Part shown: in pieces, positions 62,106 to 64,000 of the stretch
How positions within the stretch are numbered: the first letter of the stretch is position 1
Layout: the number at the start of each line of letters is the position of its first letter
Source of the DNA: Marsupella aquatica
Lineage: Eukaryota > Plantae > Marchantiophyta
Length of the DNA stretch: 64,000 nucleotides
Reading direction: 5' to 3'
NCBI GenBank assembly: GCA_973895155.1
Contig: OZ316895.1
Coordinates: 11,148,184-11,212,183, forward strand
Program-made: the position numbers and the translations under genes
Notes under the pieces: generated by a model
What the model saw: the letters and a program-made list of their open reading frames with translations, nothing else
What the model was told of the DNA's origin: nothing
The model's database searches: none

Positions 62106-62766
62106 TTAAAGAACCCAAGAGATATGAAGATTAAAATACTCAATAGTCATTCCAGACACCGGTCATAATTGTAGAGTCATTGATATAGTTGATAACCCTT
62201 CCACTAAGTGCGGGACACAATACTCATCATTGTCCTCCCACTGGTTGGGGCATTAACAATTTGAACACATGTCTTGCATTTACTTTAGGCATGATGCACC
62301 TAGCTTTGGGGAAATCACTCCCAAGTCATACACCTTTGGAGTGATTTTCCATAAGTGTCACCATATATAGATGCGCGCATACTACCGTATCCAAAGGCAA
62401 ATGAAACCTTTTTGTCTCTCCAAGAAGTAGGGCAATACCAATGGAAGGTTGTCATCCTTTGTTGTAATTGTGTCATGTTTGTGCCGGTGTTTGGATGGGG
62501 AATATTTTAATTTGCAAATAAATAGTGATGGGGCATTCAAGGAGCTAGTGTAATCTTTATTGGGTCATTTCTAAAAATATTTGCATCACAAATACCAATG
62601 ACTACAAGTAGGGTCATTAAATTTGTCATATGGACTGTCATATAAGTCAAGTGACTGGACTTGTGGTTATTTGTGTGGTCCCTCATGCAGTCATTAAACA
62701 CAAGCACAAATGACCAGTTTGGGGCTGGGGGCTTGAGGTGGGCCCTAGAGTGCTATGGGGCCCCAC

Positions 62767-64000
62767 TGTGGTGCGTCCCATGGCTCCCTAAACCCAAGAA
62801 ACCCCCCAGCTCAAGCCGATTCCCGCAGGTTTCGTGCTTGGCGAGGCCGTTTCCGCGGCTTAGCGGCATGGGACGCTGCTAACCTTCTACTACTACTATT
62901 AACATTTTACACACATATACTGGACAGATCCTTCATCGGGTCATGAGATACGTAGCCGGCCTACTATAGGCCTTCCCCTGTCTTCCCCTGTCTTCCCCTC
63001 CGTCTTGTTAGGTATGTTTGGATTCCGCCGCCGGAATGATCCCCAATAGGCTTGGTTAAGCCGCTAAGACCTCTCTCAGCTCGACACATCCAACTCTCAC
63101 TCCCCTGCTTACTTTCCTTCCTTCTGTTGATGTGGGCACTCTTCACACAAGTTAATGCGACACACAAATAGCAAAATGACTCATTCTGATTGAGTCATAC
63201 CATGCACTTGCCATACAAACAGTACATCTCATACACAAGTTCTGCGAACTAAGCCGTGAGGCCAACTCTATTCAGCTCTTAGGCATGAGGAAACATGAAT
63301 ATACACAAGGGTCACTGTATGACTAACCGAGAGCTTCTCGTACTACTTGATCCCAGCCCGGCTGGTGCAAACTAAAAACTTGCTAAAGAAGAGGCCCTGA
63401 GCTCCCCGCTGCCCAGGTACTTATCCTGGTAGTGGATCCGCCATTCTTTGCATCGTAAGCCTAATCTACTTAACAGTAATCTACTTGCCTGAATCTACCT
63501 ATGTACAGCAAGGCAGGAGCACAAGTGTTGCTCCTACCAGTGGGACCGCAATCCCACTAAGCTAAGTGTCAGGGCCGCTCCTGGTTCTGATCCTAATCCT
63601 AAACGTGGAGATCCGTGCCCGCCCTGCCCACTCACGCCTCCTCCCTCCACGTCCGCCCTCCCTAAAAGGAACGGCACCCTTGCACCGTCACGACACCGGT
63701 GGTGGATCCTCAATGGACGCCCCCAACACTTCCTCCTCAGCCACTGCCGTTGGCCCGCCTACTGACAGATTACCTGCCCTTGACCGAGTCAACTCTCCAT
63801 CGGCCTGACTGGGTCCACCTTTGGCTTCAGCCTCGACACCGGCCTCGGCAATACCCACGGCTTCGGCCTCAGCCACTCCCACGGCTTCGGCTTCCCCTTC
63901 CCCTAGGGTAGTTGGATCCTTAGCCGTGACCCTGTCTGGGGTCGGTGCTGGGTCTACCTCCTTGATCACCACGGCCTGTGAAGTCGTATTACTCCTTGAC
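62767..64000 (-). mobile_element. Second copy of the TG...CA coding unit, running off the window
   Basis: Colinear with 15705-16980, starting TGTGGTGCGTCCCATGGCTCCC, with scattered substitutions and indels. Confidence 0.88.

Overview
Eukaryotic, almost certainly land-plant DNA: it has GT-AG introns, a GT37 xyloglucan fucosyltransferase and a plant-type ubiquitin fragment, and the TE repertoire suggests a non-seed plant (inference). Apart from the 3' end of the fucosyltransferase gene (1-720), the window is a stack of nested transposons, most with boundaries fixed by target-site duplications (TSDs) read from the sequence. (1) A complete Ty1/copia element (2035-8162) sits inside an older opposite-strand copia, and each has an antisense ORF between pol and the 3' LTR: one encodes an RNase H1/caulimovirus-P6-type hybrid-binding domain hidden behind a stop codon, the other is F-box-like. 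(2) A Plavaka-type transposase gene is split by a 27-kb insertion whose backbone is a Ty3/gypsy element with a C5 DNA methyltransferase inside pol and a PHD finger on the integrase. (3) Nested in that gypsy are a SWIM-finger TIR element, a protein-coding TG...CA unit, MITEs and a Sola-like DNA transposon carrying ParB/amino-MTase-like and NIF-phosphatase cargo. (4) A 10-kb P-element-like transposon (8-bp TSD) carries a BRCT + EDM2-like PHD gene, and a 297-bp MITE shares its termini. (5) There is also a 5'-truncated LINE and a second degenerate amino-MTase-like gene. The recurring theme is transposons carrying their own chromatin- or silencing-related accessory domains. All domain calls are by-eye motif recognition, not database searches, and nearly all TE ORFs are disrupted.
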